This document shows positions 8,727 through 19,334 of a stretch of DNA of 64,000 nt, piece by piece (positions within the stretch are counted from its first letter, which is position 1; every line of letters begins with the position of its first letter). The DNA lies in NCBI GenBank assembly GCA_022448485.1, contig JAKUUI010000005.1, forward strand, positions 5,979-69,978, in the 5' to 3' direction. The notes beneath the pieces are model-generated. The model had not been told where the DNA came from. It did no database searches and saw nothing but the letters and a program-made list of their open reading frames with translations. The DNA is from SAR324 cluster bacterium. GTDB taxonomy: Bacteria > SAR324 > NAC60-12. A program made the position numbers and the translations under genes.

Positions 8727-9767
8727 TCAAACCTGACGAGAAACAATATAATCTGCAATATCTGCAAGAGATTGTCTAAGATCTGTTTCCGGGAAATTTT
8801 CTATACTGCGCTGAGCTTCAGCAGCATACTGTTTGGCGTGATTTATAGCGTAGGTGATGGAACCATAGCATTGCATCAAACCGATCACCTCATCAATTTG
8901 CGGTTTCTCAATTTCCGTTTGGGAGAGAATAGAATGCAACCGCTTCTTGTCAGAAACATTTACTTTTTCCAGCAAGTGACTCAAGGGGAGGGTGATTTTG
9001 CGTTCCTGTAAATCTCCGCCCACCGGCTTTCCTGTTTTTACCTCATCCGAATAATCGAGAGCATCATCCACAATCTGAAAAGAAACTCCGATTGCCATTC
9101 CGTAATCATACAGCAGATTCACAGATTTTCCTGAAGCACCGGCCAGTAAAGCCCCCGTTTTGATTGCAGTTGCAAAAAGACAGGCAGTTTTGTTGATGAT
9201 GATTTCAAGATATTCTTCTTCGTTTACCGATTTGAATGAGCGTGTCAGCTGTAATAATTCACCTCGTGCCATTCTTGTCGTTGTATCTGACATCAGTTCC
9301 AAAACTTCCGGATTACGCAATTTGGTAAGACGGTAAAATGCCATAGCCAGAAGATAGTCTCCGGAAAGGACGCTGACCTCATTCCCCCATAACCTGCAAG
9401 CTGCTTGCTTGGCTCTTCGAGTTTCCGCTCCATCAACCACATCATCGTGCAAGAGAGTTGCTGTATGTAAATATTCAATAACTTGAGCTGCCTTCATAAC
9501 TCGTTCATCCACCCCTCCAAACATCTTAGCACCTAAAAGTACCAGTGCAGGACGCAAGCGTTTTCCACCGGAATTTAGAATATGTTCAGCAACATTGTTG
9601 AGTAACGGAATATCGGTCTGTACATCACGAAAAATCTGTGACTCCAGGCGCTTAATGTCAGAGGAAACTACTTTAAGAATTTGTTCTAAACTGACAGGCG
9701 GGGCAGTTTTTGGGTTTGCACCTGTTTTTATTGGTTGGTTCATGACAACTGACACATGATCAAGCAT
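8727..9767 (-). CDS. ispB: Polyprenyl (octaprenyl-type) diphosphate synthase
   Basis: GGKRLRP, first DDxxD (LHDDVVD..RR), KTA.LF, second FQIVDDALD, GKPVGGDL.E.K.TLP. Confidence 0.92.
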   Translation of the reverse strand: MLDHVSVVMNQPIKTGANPKTAPPVSLEQILKVVSSDIKRLESQIFRDVQTDIPLLNNVAEHILNSGGKRLRPALVLLGAKMFGGVDERVMKAAQVIEYLHTATLLHDDVVDGAETRRAKQAACRLWGNEVSVLSGDYLLAMAFYRLTKLRNPEVLELMSDTTTRMARGELLQLTRSFKSVNEEEYLEIIINKTACLFATAIKTGALLAGASGKSVNLLYDYGMAIGVSFQIVDDALDYSDEVKTGKPVGGDLQERKITLPLSHLLEKVNVSDKKRLHSILSQTEIEKPQIDEVIGLMQCYGSITYAINHAKQYAAEAQRSIENFPETDLRQSLADIADYIVSRQV

Positions 9768-12700
9768 CCACAGGCAGCATCACAAACAGCAAATCACCTT
9801 GGTTGACAGTGTTATGGTCCTCGGCAATTACTCGAGTAACTTTGTATTTTACTTTATCCGTGTATAATGAATCTCCATCCGAACTTTTGTAATCTGCCAA
9901 TGCTAACTCGGTGAAAACTTTCATCGATTCAAGCAGGCACAGAGTTTGATTAACATCAATGATTTGTCCTTCACTGACAAATGGCTCATCATCCTGAGAG
10001 GTTGCGCGATAAAACCCTCCCATCTGAGGAGAAAGGACTTTCAACTCTTCCGAACCCTCCAGCATAATTGCTTTCTGGTCTAAAGAATTTTTTGTAGTTC
10101 CTGAGTCTTTCTTTGCTTCTCTCAAAAGTTTCTTCGTGTCAGCCTGTGCAAAAAAGTCTGTAAGATATAAAGTGCTGAAACCTCCCTTTTGAAAAGAAGC
10201 ATCTCGCAAAATAGCACGATTCAAAGCCAGATTAGTAGAAACACCATGAATTTTCACTTGTTTTAAGTAATCAAGTAAACTATTGATGGCTCCCTTACGT
10301 GATTTTCCCCAACAGATAATTTGCGCAATAAGGCTATCGTAAAAAGGTGAGACTACAGAACCAGAAACAACAGATTGAATAACGCGCACATTTGCTTTTT
10401 CGGGGAAAAACACTTCAGTCACATGTCCCGGATCAGGAACAAATCGTAACTCTCCCTCATCGTCCAACTCAACTTTCTCAGCAATTATTCTTAACTCAAT
10501 AGCATGACCGTTAAGTTTATAATCCAACTCTCCAATGCTGTTTCCTTGAGTCACTTCAAACTGTTGGCGTACCAAATCCACTCCGGAAACCATTTCAGAA
10601 ACCGGATGTTCAACTTGAAGCCGTGTATTCATTTCCATAAAATACACTTTATTTTCTTCAAGATCATAAATAAATTCGACTGTTCCTGCACCAATGTAAT
10701 CAATTTCGTCAATCAATTTACCTGCAAAACTACAGACCTGTTCCCTGATTTTTTTTGGAATTCCAGAAGCAGTTTCCTCAATCAGTTTTTGGTAGTTGCG
10801 CTGAACAGAGCAATCACGAATGCCTAAAAATTTTGAATTTCCATGCATGTCCCTCACGATTTGGGCTTCAAGGTGGCGCATCGAGCCAATATATTTTTCC
10901 AAGTACAAATCTCCATTACCAAATGCACTCAATGCTTCTTGTGACATTCGAGAGAAAGTGGACTGAAATCGCTTCACTTCACTGACCACCTCAATTCCTT
11001 TTCCTCCACCACCATGGGCTGCTTTAATCAGTACAGGGAAACCAATTTCTGAAGCAACTTCCATTGCATGCGACGGTTCCATTAAAGCACCCTCACTACC
11101 AGGAACAACTGGGATTCTTAATTTTCTGGCTGTTGCAATTGCATTCGATTTGTTGCCCATTCTGTCCATATTCGCAACACGTGGACCAATAAAGTTGAAA
11201 CCATGTTCCCGGCAAATACGAGCGTAATGCGGAGATTCGGACAAAAAACCAATCCCTGGATGAATAGCATCCACGTCCTCTTGCTCTGCAATCCTGATCA
11301 CGCTCATTCCATTCAGATAACTTTCCTGCGGAGTATTCCCCCCAATGCAAACCAGACGATCTTTCTCTCGAAGCAACGTTGCCGGATAGCTTTCCATGTC
11401 CGGATCGGAAGCTACCAAAACCACTTCCAAACCTCCATCTTGCGCACTGCGTACCAAGCGAACTGCCGTGCAACCACGTGCGTGAATCAGCACTCGCTTT
11501 ATCTCGCCAGTGTGCAAATTTTCCTGTGTGGAATATATGTGTTCTTCGTCGCCCACAGACAATTGGTATTCACCGGACAATACTCGTGAAATGATCTCCT
11601 CTACAGTATGTTTTGCAATGGGAATTTTTGGATCAATTTCCTGTAGTTTTTCATCAATATCTGCGTCAAATGGATTTTTTACAAGACCATCCATTGTTCC
11701 AGGATTGGTTGAGAGATAATTGGATAAAGTGGAATGCGCCGGTAAGTGACTTTCCACAACCAGCTGACCAGCAAAGGGGATTTGTGATCCAGAAAAATAA
11801 TAAGTACGAGCAAGCAAATGAGTCACAAAACTAGCTTGTGCACCTCCGGTACAATCTCGAAAACCAAAACACAACACCGGAAGATCCAAATCTTTTACAA
11901 AACGTGTAATTCGTTCATTTATGATGGACATTGAAAATAATGAACCCCCGCCTTCTTTTGTCTGCATGCCTGCAGAAGAGATAAAAAAGATCATCGGTAA
12001 TTTCAGACGCGCGCAGTCATCAAGCAGGCGGCAAACTTTTTCACAGCTTGCCATATCAAAAGAACCAGCTTGAAACTCTGCGTTACTGACCACCAATCCT
12101 ACACGGTAAGTTGTTTTTTGTTTTTTAATTTTTGATTTTTTCCCTCTGACAGACTCTCCATTTTCTTCATGTGTGAATGTTGCCAGCCCAGTCACAACAC
12201 CGCATGGAGTAACACCGTTCTCAAGTGCCAGCTCAATCGCATCTCTAAATCCTGGAAATTTCACTGGATTAGAAGTAATCCTATCAGCATGTAGTTCCTT
12301 AAAGTCTTTGAAATAATGTCCAATAACTTTACTGGAGGTAATGACAGTACTTTTGTATTCCCGCAACAAATTATTAATCAGCAAATCCTTGTAAGATTGA
12401 TCAAGACGATTCCAAAAATCTTTAATGCCAATGTTACGTGGAGTTATTTTTCCTTGAAATTTCCCTTTGCCCTGCTGGGCTGCATAGAGTGAAGGCAGCA
12501 ATCCGGAAAAATAGTAGCGCACTACCCCAAACAGCGGTGGACTCATACGGGGAAAAACAACCCTCTTCCACTCACTAATGGTTCCCAAAACTTCATCACA
12601 ATCTTTGCGGTCAATAAAACTGGCCAGCCACTTGAAAAAGTGTGATCGTACTGAATTGCTATCTAGCTGCAAAGAGTTTTTTTCAAATTCTTGCATTGCT

Positions 12701-14343
12701 CCTTCAACAGTTTGCTCGAACAACTGTTCCACCGATTTTTGGGAAATTTGATTTGTACCTTTCAGTTCGTTTGCAATAGTCGGGAGTACCTCAATTACTT
12801 GATCGTAGAGCAGGTCAAAAAGGAGAATATTCTGAAAATTTTCCTGAAAACTCTGATTTATTTCTGTGGTTCTTAGTAGATCCAGTAAATTAGGATTTCT
12901 GGGTGGATGGTCATGCAGTGTGGATTTACCTAGTTGTTCATAAAGCTCAATCATGTTTCCTGAAGAACTATTCTTCCAATAATTGTAAAGATGAAGTAGT
13001 ATCTCCAGAGTTAAATCGTCTATCGCTTTTTTATAATTTTCCAACGGATCACCGATGAAAAAGGCCACAAAACGGCCGCGTTCTTTCACACTGTCTTCAC
13101 GAGAACTGACAAATTGCTCATAACGTTTGTTCAGTTTTTCATGAAAGCGAACCTCAAGAGGCGTTTTGTACCAGTGTTCAAATTTTTCCAGACGTTCATT
13201 CTTCAACCGTTCCTGTAATTCCCCTACTGGAGTCCTGCGAGAACTCAAGCGGGCATAACTGTCGATAGAACGACTGACAATGCGCTGACGTAATGTCAGG
13301 TAACGCATAAAACGAAAAACATCACCAAAAATATTCAGAGTACCAGTTGGAGAACGATCTGTTACCCGGTTGCTTTCAATTAAAAGCTTTGAGGGATTGA
13401 GATAGTGGTTGATACTGTCACGATAGTGGTTGAAGAAAAAATCATTTTCGTTTAAAAATTTACATGAATTTTTCTCAGTAGTTTCAACTGCACTGATAAT
13501 CGCATCTTTTATATTTTTCACCTGATGCGGCTGATCATAGCTATAATCGATGATGCCGTCAAAATACCCTTGAGACTGTAGCTCATAAGCAGAAACCCCA
13601 ATGTGTTTTGCTGACTCCTGCCATGAAAGATCATATTTACGTGCAATGTTGCTTAAACCTTTTGGATGAATAGTGTTGAAGACACCTTCTCGAACTGAAA
13701 GCAGGATATTGGCCGTTGCCAGTGGAATTGCTCCTCCACTGTAACCACCGCCAAAAACGATTCCAATAACTGGTAATTGCAAATTCGCCATCTCGCTAAT
13801 TAAAAAGGAAATGCTATGTGATTGATTGTCCAAGTTTGCTTCTGTGTCTGCGGCAGCTCCTGGAGTGTCCATGAAAGTCACCAGCGGGGTACTGTGAGAA
13901 GCAAAGAAACGTACCTTTTCTGCGGCCTTGCGATGGTGAATTGGAGACCAAACTCCATTTTGCATTTTGTGATTTTGAGCAATAAAACCCAGCCTGCGCA
14001 TTTGTCCCGAAATTGACAATTCAATTTCTGCAGTATAAAGTGGTCCTTCAGTTTCATCAGCTATCATTTTTCCTCCTAATTGCTGGATTACTTCAGGAGC
14101 ACTTGGCCGGTTTTTTGATTCAGAGGGACTCACCACCCGTTGAATATAGGAATCCACGTCAACTTTCTTTAATTTCTGAACTTCCTTCTCAATTTCTTCT
14201 ACAGGCAGCAACCCCTTCACTTCTGATTCATCAAAAAAAGCAGAATGTTTCTTTCCACGCAGAAGAGACAGATCGTGTGACATTACTTCTGCAGCATGGA
14301 ATGCTGATTTGAATTTGCTCTTCTTATTCTTGTTTAAACCCAT
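9760..14343 (-). CDS. Single-chain acyl-CoA carboxylase: carboxyltransferase alpha + carboxyltransferase beta + biotin carboxylase + biotin carrier
   Basis: AccA-like FMDTPGAA..GGGYSGGA at the N-terminus. AccD-like FQAGSFD..SSAGMQTKEGG..CTGGAQASF. BC motifs IHPGIGFLSE, KAAHGGGGKG, RDCSVQR..QKL.EE, MEMNTRLQVEHPV. C-terminal BCCP with ESMKV. Confidence 0.93.
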   Translation of the reverse strand: MGLNKNKKSKFKSAFHAAEVMSHDLSLLRGKKHSAFFDESEVKGLLPVEEIEKEVQKLKKVDVDSYIQRVVSPSESKNRPSAPEVIQQLGGKMIADETEGPLYTAEIELSISGQMRRLGFIAQNHKMQNGVWSPIHHRKAAEKVRFFASHSTPLVTFMDTPGAAADTEANLDNQSHSISFLISEMANLQLPVIGIVFGGGYSGGAIPLATANILLSVREGVFNTIHPKGLSNIARKYDLSWQESAKHIGVSAYELQSQGYFDGIIDYSYDQPHQVKNIKDAIISAVETTEKNSCKFLNENDFFFNHYRDSINHYLNPSKLLIESNRVTDRSPTGTLNIFGDVFRFMRYLTLRQRIVSRSIDSYARLSSRRTPVGELQERLKNERLEKFEHWYKTPLEVRFHEKLNKRYEQFVSSREDSVKERGRFVAFFIGDPLENYKKAIDDLTLEILLHLYNYWKNSSSGNMIELYEQLGKSTLHDHPPRNPNLLDLLRTTEINQSFQENFQNILLFDLLYDQVIEVLPTIANELKGTNQISQKSVEQLFEQTVEGAMQEFEKNSLQLDSNSVRSHFFKWLASFIDRKDCDEVLGTISEWKRVVFPRMSPPLFGVVRYYFSGLLPSLYAAQQGKGKFQGKITPRNIGIKDFWNRLDQSYKDLLINNLLREYKSTVITSSKVIGHYFKDFKELHADRITSNPVKFPGFRDAIELALENGVTPCGVVTGLATFTHEENGESVRGKKSKIKKQKTTYRVGLVVSNAEFQAGSFDMASCEKVCRLLDDCARLKLPMIFFISSAGMQTKEGGGSLFSMSIINERITRFVKDLDLPVLCFGFRDCTGGAQASFVTHLLARTYYFSGSQIPFAGQLVVESHLPAHSTLSNYLSTNPGTMDGLVKNPFDADIDEKLQEIDPKIPIAKHTVEEIISRVLSGEYQLSVGDEEHIYSTQENLHTGEIKRVLIHARGCTAVRLVRSAQDGGLEVVLVASDPDMESYPATLLREKDRLVCIGGNTPQESYLNGMSVIRIAEQEDVDAIHPGIGFLSESPHYARICREHGFNFIGPRVANMDRMGNKSNAIATARKLRIPVVPGSEGALMEPSHAMEVASEIGFPVLIKAAHGGGGKGIEVVSEVKRFQSTFSRMSQEALSAFGNGDLYLEKYIGSMRHLEAQIVRDMHGNSKFLGIRDCSVQRNYQKLIEETASGIPKKIREQVCSFAGKLIDEIDYIGAGTVEFIYDLEENKVYFMEMNTRLQVEHPVSEMVSGVDLVRQQFEVTQGNSIGELDYKLNGHAIELRIIAEKVELDDEGELRFVPDPGHVTEVFFPEKANVRVIQSVVSGSVVSPFYDSLIAQIICWGKSRKGAINSLLDYLKQVKIHGVSTNLALNRAILRDASFQKGGFSTLYLTDFFAQADTKKLLREAKKDSGTTKNSLDQKAIMLEGSEELKVLSPQMGGFYRATSQDDEPFVSEGQIIDVNQTLCLLESMKVFTELALADYKSSDGDSLYTDKVKYKVTRVIAEDHNTVNQGDLLFVMLPVDA

Positions 14344-14382
14344 ATAATTAATTTATTTTTTTTCATCAATATTGTTTACATT

Positions 14383-16290
14383 TTACTGAAGAATCAAAGG
14401 AGACAATGCTTTGTCAAGAGACGGCAACGAAATTGGAAACAGGAGCTGCTCTTCCAGCGAGTGCAATTGTGCGGCAGTCAGTGGATCGTTTTTTTGATGA
14501 AATTTTCGTAAAATTTGGATCTTATTTTCAGTTTTATTCAAACGCTGATGAGCAACTGCCAATCGATCCAGAAACAATAGTTGCATTGGAGGATTACCTT
14601 CCAGACGCTGGCTTTGCTCTAAAGTTGTTTCCAACAACTCCTGCACTTCAGCCCAATCTTCAGTCATAACTAACGATGCACTAAATCCATCTACCAAAAA
14701 GAGATGACCGGGAAACTGCTCCAGCCCATTACGGAGTATTTTTTGGGCTTCCTTCTCTTCCCCTTTATATCGCAACAAATCTCCAACTAAACGATGTGCA
14801 TAGCCCTGACTTTCCTTACGCTCCAGGTAGGGCAAACTTATACGTAACGCCTCTTCAAAATTTCCTACACGACTCAAAGTCAAGGCGTGCAAATAAATAA
14901 CTTCCCAGTTTCCTGAAAGTACTTCCATAAGAGGCGTTGTCACTTCCAGAACTGAACGGTACTTGCCCTGCTGATAAAGTACTCTTGCCAATGAAAAATG
15001 TATCGAGGGCGAATCGTGAACTAAAATTGCCTGCCTCAGCAATTTTTCCGCTTCCGCAGAATTACCTCGGCTTTTGTGCAAATCTGCCTGCAGCTGCAAA
15101 GCCTCTGTATTCAATGGATGCTTTTCCTGAATCCGCCTCAATTGCTTTTCCACAACAGCCAATTCTCCTTTCATCAGTTGTCGACGCAAAAAAAGAAGCT
15201 GATATGAAGGGTTGGCTGAGTCCAATTCCAGTGCTCGACCGATGGCCATGTCTCCTTGCAGATAATCACCTTGTCGAAACAAAATCGAGGAGCGTAAATA
15301 ATGTGCTCTGGCCAGGCTTGGATTGATCTCCAGGCCGCGTGTTAACCAGATAAGAGAATCGTCTAAAAATCCCCTGCGCAACAATTGTACAGCCAAACCC
15401 ATGATTGCATCCACGTTTTTTGGCTGCTTCTCAAGAATTGCTTTAAAGTGCAGACGGGCTTCTTCCTCCTGTTCCTGATGCAAAAGCAAATATGCCTCAA
15501 TCAGTTGATCTTCAGGAGAAAGTAAATTTTTTGTTCTTAATTGAATCAGCAAGGCTTGTGCTTCAGGCCATTGCTGCTGAGCGAATTGAATCCGGAGTAA
15601 CTCGCGTCTGATCGGTAAATAATCCGGAAACTGATTTGTCATTTCTTTTGCCAGTGTTTGGGCATAATAATAACTGCCCTGAAGAGAATATGTCTGAACC
15701 CTCATTAACAACGCTTCTTTATTATGTGGCTCCAGTTTCAGCAAAGTTTCAAGTGTCCGCAACGATCCTTCGAATTCCCTTTGGCGTAAATAAATTCGAG
15801 CCAAATGGTAGAGTGCTTCAACATAATGCCGATCTACTTGCAGTGCTTGCTCCAAGGATGAAATAGCTCGCCCATCATCGTCAATTTTCTCATAAGTTGC
15901 GGCTAATTTCAGATAAGCTGAAACTCGTTCTGGAGAAATTCTAACTGCTGTCGCCAACTCTGTAATGGCATCACCATAACGTTCAAGTGCGAAAGCCAAG
16001 CTTCCCAGAAGTTCATAATAGCCAGCATTTAACGGATCATAACGCGTGGCTCGTCTTGCATGCTGTTCTGCGGAATCGTATTTTTTTATAAAGTAATAAG
16101 ATCTGGCCAAATTGAAATGTGCTACTGGATTTTCCTCATCGCTATCAACAATCTTCTTCTGTTCATCAATGTAACCCAGCACATTATCTTGAGTGAGCAA
16201 AAATTGCTGAATATTCTTTCCGTTTTCAGAACATCCGGAAAAAAGAAAAAAGCTAAACAGAATTAATAATAAGGAATTAATCAGTCTCAC
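14383..16290 (-). CDS. Tetratricopeptide-repeat lipoprotein
   Basis: Lipobox-like LFSGC. Many TPR units (AHFNLARSY..A....P, AYLKLA, ALYHLARIY). Confidence 0.88.
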   Translation of the reverse strand: MRLINSLLLILFSFFLFSGCSENGKNIQQFLLTQDNVLGYIDEQKKIVDSDEENPVAHFNLARSYYFIKKYDSAEQHARRATRYDPLNAGYYELLGSLAFALERYGDAITELATAVRISPERVSAYLKLAATYEKIDDDGRAISSLEQALQVDRHYVEALYHLARIYLRQREFEGSLRTLETLLKLEPHNKEALLMRVQTYSLQGSYYYAQTLAKEMTNQFPDYLPIRRELLRIQFAQQQWPEAQALLIQLRTKNLLSPEDQLIEAYLLLHQEQEEEARLHFKAILEKQPKNVDAIMGLAVQLLRRGFLDDSLIWLTRGLEINPSLARAHYLRSSILFRQGDYLQGDMAIGRALELDSANPSYQLLFLRRQLMKGELAVVEKQLRRIQEKHPLNTEALQLQADLHKSRGNSAEAEKLLRQAILVHDSPSIHFSLARVLYQQGKYRSVLEVTTPLMEVLSGNWEVIYLHALTLSRVGNFEEALRISLPYLERKESQGYAHRLVGDLLRYKGEEKEAQKILRNGLEQFPGHLFLVDGFSASLVMTEDWAEVQELLETTLEQSQRLEGNPPMQLLFLDRLAVAHQRLNKTENKIQILRKFHQKNDPLTAAQLHSLEEQLLFPISLPSLDKALSPLILQ

Positions 16291-16293
16291 AGG

Positions 16294-17622
16294 TCAATCA
16301 GAAAGAGGGTCAAATATTGGCGACTGAAAGTTGACAGTCTCAGATGCTTCACTTTCATTTCCGAAACGATCAACCAGCCGCAATTTGTACAACCAAGTAT
16401 CTCCGTTTTGACCACGCAAATCAATATAAAACGAGAGTTTGGCTGATGAAATAGCTGGGTGCATATCTGCCAAATGCGGGTAGTTGGCGAGGGGGATATC
16501 TACTTTAAGTCTGTCCAGGAAGTGGTTATTTTGGGTAGAATTGCGGTTAATTGGAGTTTCCGGCCAATCTTCTCCACTACGTGTACGGTAAAGATGAACC
16601 TGATAAAATTCCAGTTCCTCAAAATAGTCTCCCTTCCCTTGAAGACGTTTCAAACCTTCATCGAAAAGTAGAGGCCAAGACAGTCTCAAAACGAATGTTC
16701 TTGATTTTGTTTGCTGCTGTTTAACCGCTGGAACAATCTCTGAATTCTCAGATTTTTCTGTTTTCTGTTCCAGTAATTTTTCTGAATCATCATCAATGAC
16801 AGTTGTTTTTTTCAATACAACTTTGCCAAAAGCAAATCGCATGATTTGATTTTCATCCTCAATTTGAACTAATTGCAAGCTGGGGACAGGCACTTTTGGA
16901 AATAGATTGCTTTGTCTAAATTTCACAGTTTGCACAGGCGACAGGATCTCATCCTCTGGCCCAAAGTGACTTACCTCATATTCGCGTAAATTTAAGTCAT
17001 TTTTTGGAAGATCTAAATAATAATACAAATGTTTCCCTTCCCGGATAAATGAGTTACTTGAAAATAATACCCGCAAAGGAGGTGTTACTTCAGTTTCACA
17101 ATCCCGGCAATAAAGTGGTATTAGACGTTCCTGAATCAGAAAATAGTCTTGCAGATTCTGTTTTGTATCCAACTTACTGAAAGCATCAGTCTTTTCAGTT
17201 CCATTGTCATATTGATCATTGTACCACTTACTCAATGCTTCACTCCTTTCTATTTTATTGTCATAATTGTCTTCATACCACTTGCTTAATAGATCAACTC
17301 CTGTTTTGGGAAGGCGTGCTTTCAGCATTTGATAATGTGTGTTTGCCTGACCAAAAATTTCACTCCTTTCGGATTCATTGTCATACGGATCTTCGTACCA
17401 CTTACTAAATGCATAAGCCCTTTCAGTTTCATTGATTATCCAGGATAAACGGAGACGTTCACCAAGTTGCTGGACTTTCAAGTCAGTGAATGTTGATCTT
17501 GGTTTTGCTTCTGGAAGGTTATGAGGGGCTGTCCGGAGTCCACAGGAAACCAGCCATCCGCAACAAAACAGGAAGAGTAAGAAAATAATTTTTCGAGAAA
17601 TAATTGATATGCGGGAATTCAT
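16294..17622 (-). CDS. Hypothetical lipoprotein with internal 18-aa repeats and an FN3-like C-terminal strand motif
   Basis: Signal peptide ending LVSC-GLRTAP. SKWY.D.YDN repeats. C-terminal YKLRLVDRFGNESEAS. Confidence 0.7.
   Translation of the reverse strand: MNSRISIISRKIIFLLFLFCCGWLVSCGLRTAPHNLPEAKPRSTFTDLKVQQLGERLRLSWIINETERAYAFSKWYEDPYDNESERSEIFGQANTHYQMLKARLPKTGVDLLSKWYEDNYDNKIERSEALSKWYNDQYDNGTEKTDAFSKLDTKQNLQDYFLIQERLIPLYCRDCETEVTPPLRVLFSSNSFIREGKHLYYYLDLPKNDLNLREYEVSHFGPEDEILSPVQTVKFRQSNLFPKVPVPSLQLVQIEDENQIMRFAFGKVVLKKTTVIDDDSEKLLEQKTEKSENSEIVPAVKQQQTKSRTFVLRLSWPLLFDEGLKRLQGKGDYFEELEFYQVHLYRTRSGEDWPETPINRNSTQNNHFLDRLKVDIPLANYPHLADMHPAISSAKLSFYIDLRGQNGDTWLYKLRLVDRFGNESEASETVNFQSPIFDPLSD
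17170..17412 (-). repeat. Coding 54-bp (18-aa) repeats
   Basis: SKWYEDPYDNESERSEIF / SKWYEDNYDNKIERSEAL / SKWYNDQYDNGTEKTDAF / SK. Confidence 0.8.
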
Positions 17623-17625
17623 GGA

Positions 17626-18555
17626 TCAATAGCCATGTTCTAAATCAACTAAGTTCAACAGTTGACAGCCGGAAGTGGCCCGTCTGTAATTTTCAAGAAT
17701 TTGTGGTGCAACCGAATCTGCGGGCGTAGCACTTGAATTGTGAGGCGTAATAAGAATTTTATTATGTTTCCGGAAAGGATGCTTTGAAGGTAAAGGTTCT
17801 GTCCTGAAAACATCAAGACAAGCTCCAGATAATTGACCGTCATCCAATAATGGAATCAGATCTTCGTCCACAAGAGTTTGTCCCCGTCCAGCATTAATCA
17901 AATACGCTCCGCGTTTGAGTTCTTTTAATGTGTCAGTATTTAACAAATTATGAGTTTCAGAAGTGTGCGGTAGTAAGTTGATGAGATAATCAGTTTCTTT
18001 TAACATGTCTGTCAATCCATCTTTTCCGGAAAAACAGGAAACTCCATCAACTTGTTTGAGTGTGCGGCTCCACCCGGCAACCTTGAAGCTCAGCTGTAGA
18101 AACACTTTAGCGGCCGCACGTCCCAAGAACCCCAAACCAAGGATACTAATGTTATTTCCGGGATGACGCGCAGTTGTTCCCCATTCGCTGAAGCCTGGGT
18201 TTTTCGCATATGCCAGCAACTGGCGCCTCTCGAGCAACACCACAGCCAGCAAATACTCACTCATCCACTCAGCCATTGTTTCATCTGCCAGACGTACTAG
18301 AGGTACACTTTCCGGAAGCTTCTTGTCTGATAACAAACCATCCGCTCCATGCCCGTAAGATGAAATTGCTTTTAAATTTGGGTAATTCAGCAAAATCCCT
18401 TCCGGGTGATTCCAAACTACAGCAAACTCCACTGCAGAGGGTATTTGCACATTCTCTGGACCAATTTCGATTTGCAACTCTGAGTCAAGTGACACCAGCG
18501 CAAAGCGTAAAGATTCGGGCTTCATTGTGTCAGGAATACAAATTAGCAAAGACAT
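17626..18555 (-). CDS. ghrA: Glyoxylate/hydroxypyruvate reductase A (D-2-hydroxyacid dehydrogenase)
   Basis: GLGFLG Rossmann motif, GWSRT, NLLPHT.ET, INAGRG, LDVF..EPLP..HP, TPH. Confidence 0.88.
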   Translation of the reverse strand: MSLLICIPDTMKPESLRFALVSLDSELQIEIGPENVQIPSAVEFAVVWNHPEGILLNYPNLKAISSYGHGADGLLSDKKLPESVPLVRLADETMAEWMSEYLLAVVLLERRQLLAYAKNPGFSEWGTTARHPGNNISILGLGFLGRAAAKVFLQLSFKVAGWSRTLKQVDGVSCFSGKDGLTDMLKETDYLINLLPHTSETHNLLNTDTLKELKRGAYLINAGRGQTLVDEDLIPLLDDGQLSGACLDVFRTEPLPSKHPFRKHNKILITPHNSSATPADSVAPQILENYRRATSGCQLLNLVDLEHGY

Positions 18556-18607
18556 TCAAAGTTCAAGGAGAATTAATGATTTAAGATGTTTCACAAACCT
18601 CTTTTTC

Positions 18608-19095
18608 TTAAACAAATACTGGGGCTATATCTCCCATGCTCACAATCATCTGATTCCGTTCATTGTTGAGTTCAATCATGTCTGTTACCCGACGTAACAC
18701 TGCTTTTGCAGTCCCAGACGAGAAACCGAGCTTGCCGCATATTGAAGTCTGCATTTTAACTTTGGAAGTTTTTTTATCCTTCCGTCGGCAGCAATCACTA
18801 TCCCCAGAAAAAAGAAAAAATGTTCTGCATACTCACGGTCATAAGTTAATCGCCCCAGTTCCAAGGCCTCACGATTCCTCAAAGCTGATATAAGTTCACT
18901 TCGAACCTCGTCGTTTTCAAAAATCATTATCGCATCTTTGAAATATCTTTTTCCCCCCTATGGAAACTTGCTTATCTGCAATCAAAATATTTACAATTGC
19001 TCGAGCCCGCCAAGCTTTTCTATCCCCACTGAAATTGTTAATAAATTCTGGAATTAAGCGATATTCTGCAATTGAATTAAGATTCTCTTCCATTG
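18608..19095 (-). pseudogene. Frameshifted TerB-like (two-repeat) protein
   Basis: Three consecutive frames: ...WRARAIVNILIADKQV / KRYFKDAIMIF...FLGIVIAADGRIK / TSKV..SICGKLGF...DMIELN...FV*. The shifts fall at the G6-A5 run (~18947-18958) and the A7 run (~18769-18775). Confidence 0.6.
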
Positions 19096-19334
19096 CCCTC
19101 ACTCTATGAATCAGAATAGTCCTTTGACATATAAATTCATTTCTGATTAAAAGGACACTATCCTACCAGGTAAACCAAAAAAGACCTGCAAATCTCCATC
19201 AATACCGTATCTCAGCATCGCAAATGGAGAGCATCTTGTCAAGAATGTCTTGACCATGACGAAAAAAAGTAGCCTTTTAATTTGGAATAATTTGACAATA
19301 ATATTTGACTATCAAATTTTCATAAGTTGTTAGC

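Noticed and set aside
17170-17412. Possible CRISPR-like repeat array
   Set aside because: Repeats are in frame inside a CDS, degenerate, and have no unique spacers or cas genes.
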